Shown: piece after piece, positions 29,151 to 38,889 of the stretch
Layout: each line of letters begins with the position of its first letter
How positions within the stretch are numbered: position 1 is the first letter of the stretch
DNA from: an uncultured Spirochaetota bacterium
Lineage (GTDB): Bacteria; Spirochaetota; Spirochaetia; SZUA-6; Fen-1364
Direction: 5' to 3'
Assembly: GCA_963734545.1 (NCBI GenBank)
Contig: CAVTHO010000007.1
Coordinates: 160,001-224,000 of the forward strand
DNA: 64,000 bases
Notes under the pieces: generated by a model
Database searches by the model: none
What the model saw: the letters and a program-made list of their open reading frames with translations, nothing else
What the model was told of the DNA's origin: nothing
Translations under genes and position numbers: made by a program

Positions 29151-29587
29151 GCGTTTCCTCGAGCTGCGCAGGTGGAAAGAGCGTGAGTGGGAGATTGCCC
29201 TCGCAAAGGTGCTCGGCGAATGCCTGCTGCTGGAGAAGCGCATAGAGGAGATCGCAAAGGAGGTCTCCGCGAGCATGCTGTCCGCGTTCGTGGCCGGCGT
29301 CCAGATCGATGTCCGTGGCATGGCCCGAAGGGAGCTGTACCTGCAGAGACTCGCGCACGAGCGGGAGCGCACCCAGGCCGCGCTCGTGGAGGGACGCAAG
29401 GAGCTGGAGAAGGTGCGGGCGAAGTACCTCGATGCCGCGAAAGAACGGAAGGTTCTCGACAAGCTGAAGGATCGCAGATCAGAAGAGTACTACGCACATC
29501 AGCTCGATGAGGAGTACAAGAGCATCGACGACATGAACACATCTAGCCGCGACGCGGCTCGAGGCCGCCGGGCGCGAACGATGGTAG
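29125..29587 (+). CDS. fliJ: Flagellar export protein FliJ (true stop uncertain; reads through into the next gene as assembled)
   Basis: MRRFQFRLERFLELR, ERKVLDKLK, IDD motifs; out-of-frame TAG at 29585-29587 just before the next SD. Confidence 0.85.
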
Positions 29588-29598
29588 GGAGGGGGGAC

Positions 29599-30222
29599 GT
29601 GGCAGAGTTTTCCGAAGTCCGACCGGGAGTGAGAATCTTCATTCTCTTTCTTCTTCTGATCGTTCTCACCCTCGGCGGGATCATCTGGTTCGACTACCTC
29701 GGGCTTGTGGACGCGAAGGCGATCATCTCCCCGGTGTACAGGCTGCTCGGGTTCGAAAAACGCAGCAACGTGGCGAGCGCCGATGACCCGAATCTCCTGG
29801 ACAGGGAACGTCTTGCCAAGGAGCAGGATGCCCTTGCCCTTCGTCAGCAGGATCTGGACACGCGCAGCGCCAGCCTGGCGCAGAAGGAAAAGGAGCTCAA
29901 CCAGCTCGGGCAGGATCTCAACGACCGGGACGCGGCGCTCACGGCCCGGGAAAAAGCGTTTAATGACCAGGTCAAAGCATTCGACAATAGAAGGGTGAAC
30001 ATCGCTCAGAATGCGACCTATCTGACGAGCATGCCGCCCGCCAATGCGGTGGCAATCATGGCGAAGATGGGAGACCAGGACGTCATCGACATTTTCAGAA
30101 CAGTGGAGCAGCAGGCCCAGAAGGCGGGAGTCGACTCTGTGGTTCCCCTCTGGCTGTCCATGTTGTCCGCGGACAAGGCGGCGGACCTGCAGCGAAAAAT
30201 GGCCGGGAAGACGGGAGGCTGA
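29599..30222 (+). CDS. flbB: Periplasmic flagellar collar protein FlbB-like
   Basis: SD AGGGAGG then GTG; TM with GGIIWFDYLG, coiled coil, YLTSMPPANAV; position between fliJ and fliK as in spirochaetes. Confidence 0.8.
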   Translation: MAEFSEVRPGVRIFILFLLLIVLTLGGIIWFDYLGLVDAKAIISPVYRLLGFEKRSNVASADDPNLLDRERLAKEQDALALRQQDLDTRSASLAQKEKELNQLGQDLNDRDAALTAREKAFNDQVKAFDNRRVNIAQNATYLTSMPPANAVAIMAKMGDQDVIDIFRTVEQQAQKAGVDSVVPLWLSMLSADKAADLQRKMAGKTGG

Positions 30223-30225
30223 TTC

Positions 30226-31377
30226 GTGAACGCGCAGAGTGCCGCCACGGACGCGAAAGTCACGGCGCAGGAAGCGCTTCCCACCCGACAGGGCAAGGGC
30301 AGGAAAGCCGCGGGCAAGACAGGCCTCGCGGCGGCGCTCCTTCCCGTTTCCCGCAAAGGGGCCGCCACTTTTGCGCACCTCATGAGCGCAAAAGTTGCCG
30401 TGGCGGCGGGCGGGAAGACGGGGGAGAAGAGTCTTGCGTCTCTGCTTATGGCGGCCGCGTCAGGCATCAAGGGCGCCGGGCGCGCAGTGCCTGCCGCGCA
30501 TGGTGAGCAGGCGGATGCGCTCAAGCTGCCTTCCGGTCTCCTCAAGGCTCTGGAAGAAAGTGAAAAACTGGCACTCGGAAAAGAAGAAAAGTCGGACGGC
30601 AGGAAAAAGATCGCCAGACTGATCGCTCCTCACGCGGGCGCAGCTGCAGACGCAGGCGCCGACAAGTCCAGGACCGCCGAAAGCGCGGCGGTTGCTGAAA
30701 AACGCGGCGATGCGCCTGCCGTGCAGGTGGGCGGAACACGCACTGCGCAGAACCCGCGGACCGTGCTCATCCACGTCGTGGACCTTCGCAAACGCGCGGC
30801 AGACAAGTCCCCGGACGGAACCGGCAGCTCGCAGAAGATCGCTCAGGCGTCCCCTGCAGCAAAGGAGCCGGGCGCGCTGTTCATGCTTCAGCCGGGGACG
30901 CTGAAGGATATCGAGGCTCCCCGGAAGGTCGCACCCGCGTCTGCCGCTGCGTCGCAGTCAGGTCTGGAACGGCTGCGGGAGATGGCAGGCTCCGAGCTTC
31001 TGCGCGCCTCCAACCTCGTGCTCAGGGATGGAGGCGGGGAGATTCGCCTCCTCTTGAAGCCGGAATCCCTCGGGAGCGTGCGGATCCGCATGAATCTTGT
31101 CGATAATAAGGTCGAGGGCAGGATCATCGTGGACACCTCCGCGGTCAAACAGGTGATCGACCAGAGTATCGATGCTCTGAGCCGGGCACTGACCGCGGGA
31201 GGATTCCAGACGTCCTCTCTCGAGGTCTCCGTCGGCGGACAGAACGCCGACAACGGGAGGCGGATGCAGGAGCCGCCCGCAGAGGTGCGCAGGGTGGCGG
31301 CGCAGGGCTTTGAGCGCAACATTCCGGGAGAGGAAAGCCTCAGCATGGGCGACCTTCTCGTGAATCTTTTCGTGTAG
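30226..31377 (+). CDS. fliK: Hook-length control protein FliK
   Basis: Low-complexity N-terminus; GEIRLLLKPESLGSVRI C-terminal domain. Confidence 0.9.
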   Translation: MNAQSAATDAKVTAQEALPTRQGKGRKAAGKTGLAAALLPVSRKGAATFAHLMSAKVAVAAGGKTGEKSLASLLMAAASGIKGAGRAVPAAHGEQADALKLPSGLLKALEESEKLALGKEEKSDGRKKIARLIAPHAGAAADAGADKSRTAESAAVAEKRGDAPAVQVGGTRTAQNPRTVLIHVVDLRKRAADKSPDGTGSSQKIAQASPAAKEPGALFMLQPGTLKDIEAPRKVAPASAAASQSGLERLREMAGSELLRASNLVLRDGGGEIRLLLKPESLGSVRIRMNLVDNKVEGRIIVDTSAVKQVIDQSIDALSRALTAGGFQTSSLEVSVGGQNADNGRRMQEPPAEVRRVAAQGFERNIPGEESLSMGDLLVNLFV

Positions 31378-31396
31378 CAGGACGGAGGAAGGGAAC

Positions 31397-31849
31397 ATGG
31401 ACATTTCATTGTCACTCACCCCGCAGGAGCAGGCCCGGGTGAGCCAGCAGGTGGACGCCTTCAACAAGACCCTGAACGAGGGCCGGGGGGCGAAGGCCAA
31501 TGCGGCGCTGGACAAGAATGACTTCCTGAAAATCCTCATCACGCAGCTCAGCCACCAGGACCCCACACAGCCCATGGACGACAAGGCGTTCGTCGCCCAG
31601 ATGGCGCAGTTTTCCAGCCTCGAGCAGATGACGAACATGAGCGAGGGTCTCGCAAGGGTTGCGGACCTGATTTCGAGAAGCCAGGCGGTCAATCTCCTGG
31701 GCAACGCGGTCGAGATCTCCGAAGGCGGATCGACCGTTTCGGGGATCGTGGAAGCGGTGACGAGCGGCGACTTTCCCCAGGTCATGGTCAACGGCCAGTA
31801 CTATGACTTCGCCAATGTGCAAAAGGTCAAGAGAGACTTGAAGGAGTAA
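31397..31849 (+). CDS. flgD: Hook capping protein FlgD
   Basis: LDKNDFLKILITQLSHQDPTQPMD, QMAQFSSLEQ. Confidence 0.96.
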   Translation: MDISLSLTPQEQARVSQQVDAFNKTLNEGRGAKANAALDKNDFLKILITQLSHQDPTQPMDDKAFVAQMAQFSSLEQMTNMSEGLARVADLISRSQAVNLLGNAVEISEGGSTVSGIVEAVTSGDFPQVMVNGQYYDFANVQKVKRDLKE

Positions 31850-31855
31850 CGAACC

Positions 31856-33247
31856 ATGATGCGATCGCTCTGGGCCGGGGTCTCCGGCCTGCAGAACCAC
31901 CAGACACGCATGGACGTGCTGGGCAACAACATCTCGAACGTCAACACCAATGGGTTCAAAAAGGGCAGAGTCACATTCCAGGACATGCTCTCCCAGACGC
32001 TCGCCGGCGCGGCGAAGCCGACGGACGAGGTGGGGGGCGTCAACCCGCAGCAGGTCGGCCTCGGCATGATGGTCGCTACCATCGACACGATCCACACCCA
32101 GGGCGCCCTGCAATCCACGGGCGTCATGACGGACGTGGCCATTCAGGGCAACGGGTTCTTCGTGCTGAAGTCCGGCGACAAGCGGTTCTACACCCGCAAC
32201 GGCGCCTTCGGTCTCGACCAGGACGGGAGACTCGTGAACCCCACGAACGGGCTGCGCGTGCAGGGCTGGATGGCGCAGAACGCCGGCGGCCAGGCATTCA
32301 TCAACAATGCTGCCGAGGTGGAGGACCTCGTCATCCCCGTCGGGAGCAAGGATCCGGCAAAGGCCACGACGGACGTCTGGTTCGCAAGCAACCTCGACAA
32401 GCGCACCCCGGAGATACCCGCGGGCGCGACCGACCAGACAATCCAGGAAGGCACCTGGCAGACGACATTCGACGTCTTCGATTCTTTCGGTCGGGTTCAC
32501 AAGCTGCAGGTCAACTTCACGAAGGTGCCCGGTGTGGCCAACAGGTGGCAGGCCGCCGTCACGGTGGATCCGGGGGCGACAGCGGGCACGAATACGAGGG
32601 TCCAGATCGGCACGGCCGCCAATGCCACGAATACGTTCCTGCTGGATTTCGACAACTTCGGAGCGCTGGCCGGTGTCCGTAACGCCCAGGGCGGGAATGC
32701 CATTACGGCAGGCGCTTTGCAGGCCGCGGTTTCCTATGACGTGCCGGATACGACCCTCCCTGCGGGTCAGGCCACCGTGCGCCAGACCTTCAACCTCAAC
32801 CTGGGAAGCATCGGCGCCTACCGGGACGCAATCACGCAGTTCGCCGAGGCGAGCTCCACCAAGGCCGTCCGGCAGAACGGGTACGGCATGGGGTACCTGG
32901 AGACATTCAAGATCGACCAGTCGGGCACGATCACCGGCGTCTACACGAACGGCTCCAACCGGGTGATCGGCCAGATCGCTCTCGGATCGTTCACGAATCC
33001 CGGCGGGCTCGAGAAGGCGGGTGAGAACACGTACGTGGTCTCCAACAACTCGGGAACGGCGAACATCGGGGCCTCGGGAACCGCCGGCAAGGGCAAAGTG
33101 ATAGCCGGCACCCTGGAGATGTCGAATGTGGACCTGGCGGAGCAGTTCACCGACATGATCGTGACGGAGCGTGGATTCCAGGCGAACTCGCGCACCATCA
33201 CGACCAGCGATCAGATGCTGCAGGAACTGCTCCAGCTGAAGAGGTAA
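31856..33247 (+). CDS. flgE: Flagellar hook protein FlgE
   Basis: [32 protein letters not shown]. Confidence 0.97.
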   Translation: MMRSLWAGVSGLQNHQTRMDVLGNNISNVNTNGFKKGRVTFQDMLSQTLAGAAKPTDEVGGVNPQQVGLGMMVATIDTIHTQGALQSTGVMTDVAIQGNGFFVLKSGDKRFYTRNGAFGLDQDGRLVNPTNGLRVQGWMAQNAGGQAFINNAAEVEDLVIPVGSKDPAKATTDVWFASNLDKRTPEIPAGATDQTIQEGTWQTTFDVFDSFGRVHKLQVNFTKVPGVANRWQAAVTVDPGATAGTNTRVQIGTAANATNTFLLDFDNFGALAGVRNAQGGNAITAGALQAAVSYDVPDTTLPAGQATVRQTFNLNLGSIGAYRDAITQFAEASSTKAVRQNGYGMGYLETFKIDQSGTITGVYTNGSNRVIGQIALGSFTNPGGLEKAGENTYVVSNNSGTANIGASGTAGKGKVIAGTLEMSNVDLAEQFTDMIVTERGFQANSRTITTSDQMLQELLQLKR

Positions 33248-33312
33248 TGACCTTGGCGGAGCGGGGCGCGCGGAGTTCGAAGACGCGGCGCAAGCCGCCG
33301 TAAGGGGGGGGA

Positions 33313-33510
33313 ATGGTTGAAGTGACGAGACTGGACGGGAAGGTCTACTACGTCAACCCGCACCAGATCGAGTACATAGAGAGCAATCCCGATACGACGC
33401 TGATCATGGCGTCCGGCAAGAGGCTGGTAGTCCGCGAGGACTACCAGACTGTTTTTAAGCGTATCGTGGAATACCGCAGGCTCATCGGTGCATTCAAGAA
33501 TGAGGAGTAG
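33313..33510 (+). CDS. flbD: Flagellar protein FlbD
   Basis: VTRLDG...NPHQIEYIESNPDTTL. Confidence 0.92.
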   Translation: MVEVTRLDGKVYYVNPHQIEYIESNPDTTLIMASGKRLVVREDYQTVFKRIVEYRRLIGAFKNEE

Positions 33511-33511
33511 C

Positions 33512-33583
33512 GCGCCGCGGTATTCCGCGGATTCGGCGCGATGCGGATACTCCGCGGATTCGGCGCTGCGGTACTCCGCGGTA
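33512..33583. repeat. Family A, 3 intergenic tandem units between flbD and fliL
   Basis: GCGCCGCGGTATTCCGCGGATTCG, GCGCGATGCGGATACTCCGCGGATTCG, GCGCTGCGGTACTCCGCGGTA. Confidence 0.93.
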
Positions 33584-33586
33584 CGG

Positions 33587-33616
33587 TTGCGCTAAAATGT
33601 ATTCCTGTGATATGAT
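33587..33616 (+). promoter_or_regulatory. Putative sigma70 promoter upstream of fliL
   Basis: TTGCGC-N18-TATGAT with extended -10 TG in an AT-rich patch. Confidence 0.45.
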
Positions 33617-33633
33617 CGGAAGAGGGGGAGGGG

Positions 33634-34188
33634 ATGTCTGACGAACAGCAGGATCTGAATCTCGAAGATGTCGGCGCGGGGGCCGAAGACGTCGGCGGAC
33701 CGCGCAAAGGCGGCCTCCTCTCCGGGATGCTCCTCAACATCCTCAAGTGGGCTGCCATCGGAATCGGGGCCGTCATCATTGTCGTCACGACGACCGTGAT
33801 CACCTTCCGCGTCATCAATAAAGGCAACACGCAGGCGGGACTCGAGGCTCTTTCCCCCGCCTATGCGGCCAAGTCCGCGCCGCTCGCTTCCTACGACAAC
33901 ATCGAGCAGATTCGCGGCCAGACGGCGGATGAGACACCGGCCGTGTTCCTCCTTCAAGTCAGCCTCGGCTACGACCCGGCGGACAAAGAGGTGAGCGTGG
34001 AGATCGGAAACCGCAATCGCGAGATCCAGGACCTCATCCTGAAGGACATCTCGCAGAAGACCGCCGCCGAGCTGGCGCCGACCCACTACGACGAGATCCA
34101 GGCGGAGCTGATGCAGCTGATCAACACGATCATGAAGACAGGCAAGGTGAAGAGCGTGATGTTCCGCCAGTTCTCGGTGGTGAAGTAA
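33634..34188 (+). CDS. fliL: Flagellar basal body protein FliL
   Basis: Single TM plus periplasmic domain ending LINTIMKTGKVKSVMF; position before fliM. Confidence 0.88.
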   Translation: MSDEQQDLNLEDVGAGAEDVGGPRKGGLLSGMLLNILKWAAIGIGAVIIVVTTTVITFRVINKGNTQAGLEALSPAYAAKSAPLASYDNIEQIRGQTADETPAVFLLQVSLGYDPADKEVSVEIGNRNREIQDLILKDISQKTAAELAPTHYDEIQAELMQLINTIMKTGKVKSVMFRQFSVVK

Positions 34189-34198
34189 GGACAGAGGG

Positions 34199-35230
34199 AT
34201 GACGGAAGTCCTCTCGCAGGATGAGATAGACCAGCTGCTCACCGCGATCTCGTCCGGAGAGGTGGCCACGGAAGAGGTCAGCGCGCCCACCGACCAGCGC
34301 AAGATCAAGATCTACGACTTCAAGAGACCCGACAAGTTCTCGAAGGACCAGATCCGCACCGTGTCCATCATGCACGAGACTTTCGCGCGCCAGACAACCA
34401 CGGCGCTCTCCTCGCAGCTGCGCAGCCTGGCGCACGTGCACGTGGCGTCGGTGGACCAGCTCACCTACGAGGAGTTCATCCGCTCCATCCCGAACCCGAC
34501 CACCATCGCCGTGATCAACATGGACCCGCTGAAAGGGTCCGCCATTCTCGAGATAGACCCCGCGGTGACCTTCTCCATCATCGACCGCCTCTTCGGCGGC
34601 CAGGGTGAGGGAGCCAAGTTCACGCGCGAGCTCACCGACATCGAGGCGTCCGTCATCGAGGGGATCATCGTGCGCATCCTGGGCAACCTGCGCGAGGCGT
34701 GGGCAACCGTCATCGATCTGCGCCCGCGCCTGGGGCAGATCGAGACCAATCCCCAGTTCGCGCAGATCGTCCCGCCCTCGGAGATGGTGGTGCTGGTCAC
34801 CCTCGAAACCAAGGTGGGCGAAGTGGAGGGGATGATGAACTTCTGCATCCCCTACCTGACCATCGAGCCGATCATTCCCAAGCTGTCCGCGCAGTACGTG
34901 TATTCCTCCATGCGGAGGGGGACCACCACGGAGAATCTGAGCATGCTGCGGGAACGGCTTGCCGGAATAGAGATCAATGTGGTGGCGGAAGTGGGGTCGA
35001 TCGACATCACGATGCGGGACGTTCTCACCCTTCGAAACGGCGATATCATCCGGCTGCAGAACATGCGCGTCGGTGATCCGATGGTGCTGAAGATCGGTGA
35101 CAGGAAGAAGTTCCACTGCCGGCCGGGGGTCGTGGGCAACAAGGTGGCCGTTCAGGTCCTCAAGAAGCTCGAGGATATCGAGCACGCGGAATTCGAAGAG
35201 CTTGCCATGGATGAGGGAGAAGAAGCATGA
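34199..35230 (+). CDS. fliM: Motor switch protein FliM
   Basis: LSQDEIDQLL, YDFKRPDKFSK, DRLFGGQG. Confidence 0.97.
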   Translation: MTEVLSQDEIDQLLTAISSGEVATEEVSAPTDQRKIKIYDFKRPDKFSKDQIRTVSIMHETFARQTTTALSSQLRSLAHVHVASVDQLTYEEFIRSIPNPTTIAVINMDPLKGSAILEIDPAVTFSIIDRLFGGQGEGAKFTRELTDIEASVIEGIIVRILGNLREAWATVIDLRPRLGQIETNPQFAQIVPPSEMVVLVTLETKVGEVEGMMNFCIPYLTIEPIIPKLSAQYVYSSMRRGTTTENLSMLRERLAGIEINVVAEVGSIDITMRDVLTLRNGDIIRLQNMRVGDPMVLKIGDRKKFHCRPGVVGNKVAVQVLKKLEDIEHAEFEELAMDEGEEA

Positions 35231-36363
35231 GTGACGGATCACTCTCGCAGGACGAGATAGACGCCCTGTTGCAGGGAACGGATACCATAGAAATGGACAC
35301 GGGAGCCGGTCCCGCCTCTTCTCCTCTTTCGGATGCGGACAGAGAGTCGTTCCAGGAGATGCTGCGGGGGGTCACGGAGAGCCAGGGATCCAACCTTTCC
35401 ATCCTGACCGGCAAGACGGTTGCCATGGGTGACCCGACGGTGAGAGTCCGGTCTCCGGCGGAAATCACCGGCGGGCAGCCGGAAGACGTGGTGGATATCC
35501 GCGTGGACCTCACCGACGGTCTGCAGGGCGAGCACTCCTACATCGTGCCGGCGAGCATCGCCGGGACCCTCGCGGGGCTCATGATGGGGCAGCCTGGGGG
35601 CGAGCTGGACGAGGCGTCCCTTTCCGCCGTCGCGGAGGCATTTTCTCAGATCACCGGCACGGCGGTGACGACGATCGGCAGCCAGGTCGGCAGGATGGTG
35701 AAGACGGCGCCTCCCGATCTTCGCCAGGCCAAGCGGCAGCAGGTGCGCGTGCCGCAGGGCGATTACTGCGTGACGGTCGACTACCCGTTCTCCATCGAGG
35801 GATTTCCTCCGGTGACTCTCACCGAGGTGTTCTCCCTCTCCCTGGCAAAGGAGATTCTTTCACTTTCTGCCGGCGGCGCGGAGTCGGCAGCCGCTTTCGC
35901 GCAGGCAGCGCCTCAGGCGGCGCCGCGGCAGGCCGGGGGCCAGCGCGCGCAGCCGCAGGCCGCGGGATTCGGAGGGTCCGGTGGGTACCAGCAGACATTC
36001 GGCCAGGCATTCGGGGGGGGAGGGCAGGGCCCCGGGATGGCGCCGCCCAATGTCCAGCCCGTTCAGTTCGCCAACCTGCAGCCCGTCCAGATGAGCGGCG
36101 AGCAGGGGAACATCGGACTGCTCATGGACGTGTACATGGAGATGACCGTCGAGCTGGGCAGGACGAGAAAACGCATCAAGGATATCCTGGGGATAGGGGA
36201 GGGCACGATCATCGAGCTGGACAAGCTCGCCGGCGAGCCCGTCGACATCCTCGTGAACCACAAGCTCATTGCCAAGGGGGAGGTGGTCGTCATCGATGAG
36301 AACTTCGGGGTGCGCGTCACGGAGATCGTATCGCAGATCGACCGAATGAATGAATTGACATAG
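35227..36363 (+). CDS. fliY: Motor switch protein FliY (CheC-like plus FliN domain)
   Basis: LSQDEIDALL, CheC-like middle region, C-terminal GEVVVIDENFGVRVT. Confidence 0.93.
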   Translation: MSDGSLSQDEIDALLQGTDTIEMDTGAGPASSPLSDADRESFQEMLRGVTESQGSNLSILTGKTVAMGDPTVRVRSPAEITGGQPEDVVDIRVDLTDGLQGEHSYIVPASIAGTLAGLMMGQPGGELDEASLSAVAEAFSQITGTAVTTIGSQVGRMVKTAPPDLRQAKRQQVRVPQGDYCVTVDYPFSIEGFPPVTLTEVFSLSLAKEILSLSAGGAESAAAFAQAAPQAAPRQAGGQRAQPQAAGFGGSGGYQQTFGQAFGGGGQGPGMAPPNVQPVQFANLQPVQMSGEQGNIGLLMDVYMEMTVELGRTRKRIKDILGIGEGTIIELDKLAGEPVDILVNHKLIAKGEVVVIDENFGVRVTEIVSQIDRMNELT

Positions 36364-36398
36364 AGCTTCGGTTTCAGATTTTAACTGGGAGGGGGAAT

Positions 36399-37041
36399 CT
36401 GAAAAAGCTTACGCTGGTCGTCGCGTGCGCCGCAATGGCGCTCGCGCTCGCCGCGCGGCCGCTGGCCGCTCAGGCGAAACAAACACCCGCGGGCGTCGTG
36501 AGCGCCGCGGGAAACGAGTCCGAGATTCTTCTGCCGGATGCAGGAACCGGCGGCACGGGCTCGGCAACAGGGACGGCGGTCGCGCCGCAGGGGTCCGCGG
36601 CTGCACCGCCCGCCGTGACGGGAGTCTCCACCTGGGACTTCGTGAGAATGCTCATCATCCTCGCCCTCGTGGTGGGCGTCATCTATCTCCTGTTCTGGAT
36701 CCTTCGTCGGAGCTCGGGAAAAAAGATCCAGGAGAATGACCTCATTCGCGTGCTCGGCTCCCGCAGCCTGGCGGGCAACCGCGCGCTGCACCTCATCGAG
36801 GTGGGCGGCTCCGTGTACCTCGTCGGCGCCTCCGACGGGGGAGTGCAGCTCATCTCGGAAATCACGGAAAAGGAAAGTCTCGATTCGGTCCGGCTGAAAG
36901 CGGCGGAGCAGCCGTGCGTCTGCCGGTCGGAGCTTTCCGCAGATCCTTTCCGAGATCTTTCGCCCGGCCCGGAAACCCTTTTCACCGGGAGAGGGCATTG
37001 GGTTTCTGCGGGGACAGCGGGACAGGCTGAAGAAGCTATGA
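36399..37041 (+). CDS. fliO: Flagellar biosynthesis protein FliO/FliZ; frameshift near 36912; probable CTG start
   Basis: TM helix, LHLIEVGGSVYLVG; the other frame gives ...FLRGQRDRLKKL* ending at the fliP ATG. Confidence 0.8.
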
Positions 37042-37841
37042 AGAAGTCACTCGCCGCGGTCCTGATCCTGCTGACGATCGGTTCTGTCTTTCCGCTGGGC
37101 GTGTGGGCGCAGAGCGCCGCCACGGCGCCCGGGCGGGCCGGCGGCAATGCCTCTGCCCTCCCGGTGCCTTTCGTGGACTTCAACGTGCGCACGGCCAGGA
37201 ACAACCAGGAGGTGGTGCTCTCCGTCCAGCTCCTGCTGCTGCTCACGGTCCTCGCGCTCGCCCCTTCCATCCTCATCCTGACGACCTGCTTCCTGCGGAT
37301 CGCCATCGTGTTCGATTTCATCCGGCGCGCCCTCTCGCTGCAGTCTTCACCTCCGAACCAGGTGCTGATGGGGCTGGCTCTCTTCCTGACGATGTTCATC
37401 ATGTGGCCGACCTTCACCACGATCTACCAGAGCTCGCTGAAGCCGTTCGGCGACGGCACGATCGGGCTGCAGGAGATGTACAGCAACGCGGAAAAGCCGC
37501 TGCGTCAGTTCATGTTCAACCAGATGGGAAATGACATGGACTCGCTGCGCCTGTTCATGAGCATGCGCGGCCTGCCCAAGCCCAGCACGCGCGCGGACGT
37601 GCCGACCTTCGTGCTCATTCCGGCGTTCGTGATTCACGAGATGACCGTCGCGTTCAAGATAGGAATTCTTCTGTACATCCCCTTCATCATCATCGACATG
37701 GTGGTCGCCTCCACGCTGATGTCGATGGGAATGATCATGCTGCCTCCCGTGATGATCTCCACGCCGTTCAAGCTGATCCTGTTCGTGCTGGTGAACGGTT
37801 GGGGCCTGATCACGGAGCAGCTGATAAGGAGCTTCAAATGA
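37038..37841 (+). CDS. fliP: Flagellar export gate FliP
   Basis: LLTVLALAPSIL, PPNQVL, IPAFVIHE, MGMIMLPP, PFKLILFVL. Confidence 0.96.
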   Translation: MKKSLAAVLILLTIGSVFPLGVWAQSAATAPGRAGGNASALPVPFVDFNVRTARNNQEVVLSVQLLLLLTVLALAPSILILTTCFLRIAIVFDFIRRALSLQSSPPNQVLMGLALFLTMFIMWPTFTTIYQSSLKPFGDGTIGLQEMYSNAEKPLRQFMFNQMGNDMDSLRLFMSMRGLPKPSTRADVPTFVLIPAFVIHEMTVAFKIGILLYIPFIIIDMVVASTLMSMGMIMLPPVMISTPFKLILFVLVNGWGLITEQLIRSFK

Positions 37842-38101
37842 GCACCGGAACCGCTCTCCAGATCGTCCGCGAAGGGATTCTGGAGACACTGATTCTGGCC
37901 GGGCCGCTCCTGCTGATCGCCATGGCCGTGGGTCTCATCATTGCCATTCTGCAGGCCACCACTTCCATACAGGAACAGACCCTGACGTTCGTGCCGAAGA
38001 TCGCCGCTATTCTGATCGGGCTGATCCTCCTCGGACGGTTCCTTCTGGACTCCCTGGTGGGGTACACCCAGCGGCTCTTCGCGATGATTTCGCACATATG
38101 A
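37838..38101 (+). CDS. fliQ: Flagellar export gate FliQ
   Basis: QATTSIQEQTLTFVPK. Confidence 0.96.
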   Translation: MSTGTALQIVREGILETLILAGPLLLIAMAVGLIIAILQATTSIQEQTLTFVPKIAAILIGLILLGRFLLDSLVGYTQRLFAMISHI

Positions 38102-38889
38102 TAGAGGACCTGGTCACACACATTCGTTTATTCCTCCTCGTTTTCTTTCGCATCATCGCGATGGTGGAGCTTGCTCCCCTCCTGTCCTCGTCTTCCATCC
38201 CGCAGACGGCCAAGGTCGGCATGTCGCTCTTTGTCGCCGGCGCGGTGTTTCCGATGGTACTGGCGTCGAACTATCCCATCCCGGAAAACGTCGTCGACTA
38301 CGCGCTCCTGGTTCTCGGCGAGGTTGCCATCGGCCTTCTCATCGGCTTCATCCTGAATCTCATTTTCTCCGCGTTTCAGCTCGCCGGCCAGTTCTTTTCC
38401 CTGCAGATGGGTTTTGGCGCATCGGAAGTGTTCGATCCCCAGTCCCAGATAGAAATCCCGCTCATGGGAGAATTTCTGAGCCTCGTCGCCATGCTCGTCT
38501 TCATCGCGATCTCGGGAACGGGGAAGTTTCTCCTGGTCGGGGTGATGCGCTCGTTCCAGTACCTGCGGGCAATCGACCTTGTCACGCACAAAGAGGGCAT
38601 TGTCCAGCTTCTGATCGGCGGGCTGGGCGGGCTCTTTCAAAGCGCTCTCACGATCTCCTTCCCGATCCTCGGCACCCTGATCCTCGTGTCCATCGTCATG
38701 GGTCTCCTGGCCAAGGCGGCGCCGCAGATGGACGTGCTCACGATGGGATTCCCCGTTTCCATCGCGGTTTCCTTTCTCGTGCTTTTCGCCACTCTGCCGT
38801 TCCTCATGACCGGCATGGAGCGCATCATCGACGGCAGCTTCGAGACCATAGGCGGGTTCATCGCCGGGGCAGGAGTACTCCGAAAATGA
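38098..38889 (+). CDS. fliR: Flagellar export gate FliR
   Basis: AGQFFSLQMGFG, FDPQ, KAAPQM. Confidence 0.94.
   Translation: MIEDLVTHIRLFLLVFFRIIAMVELAPLLSSSSIPQTAKVGMSLFVAGAVFPMVLASNYPIPENVVDYALLVLGEVAIGLLIGFILNLIFSAFQLAGQFFSLQMGFGASEVFDPQSQIEIPLMGEFLSLVAMLVFIAISGTGKFLLVGVMRSFQYLRAIDLVTHKEGIVQLLIGGLGGLFQSALTISFPILGTLILVSIVMGLLAKAAPQMDVLTMGFPVSIAVSFLVLFATLPFLMTGMERIIDGSFETIGGFIAGAGVLRK

Noticed and set aside
29125-30222. Apparent FliJ-FlbB fusion protein
   Set aside because: A strong SD and GTG at 29599 and an out-of-frame TAG at 29585 suggest two genes joined by an indel error; reads are needed to exclude a real fusion
36435-37841. Apparent FliO-FliP fusion protein
   Set aside because: The natural FliO C-terminus (QRDRLKKL*) is in another frame and ends at the fliP ATG, so this is a frameshift artefact
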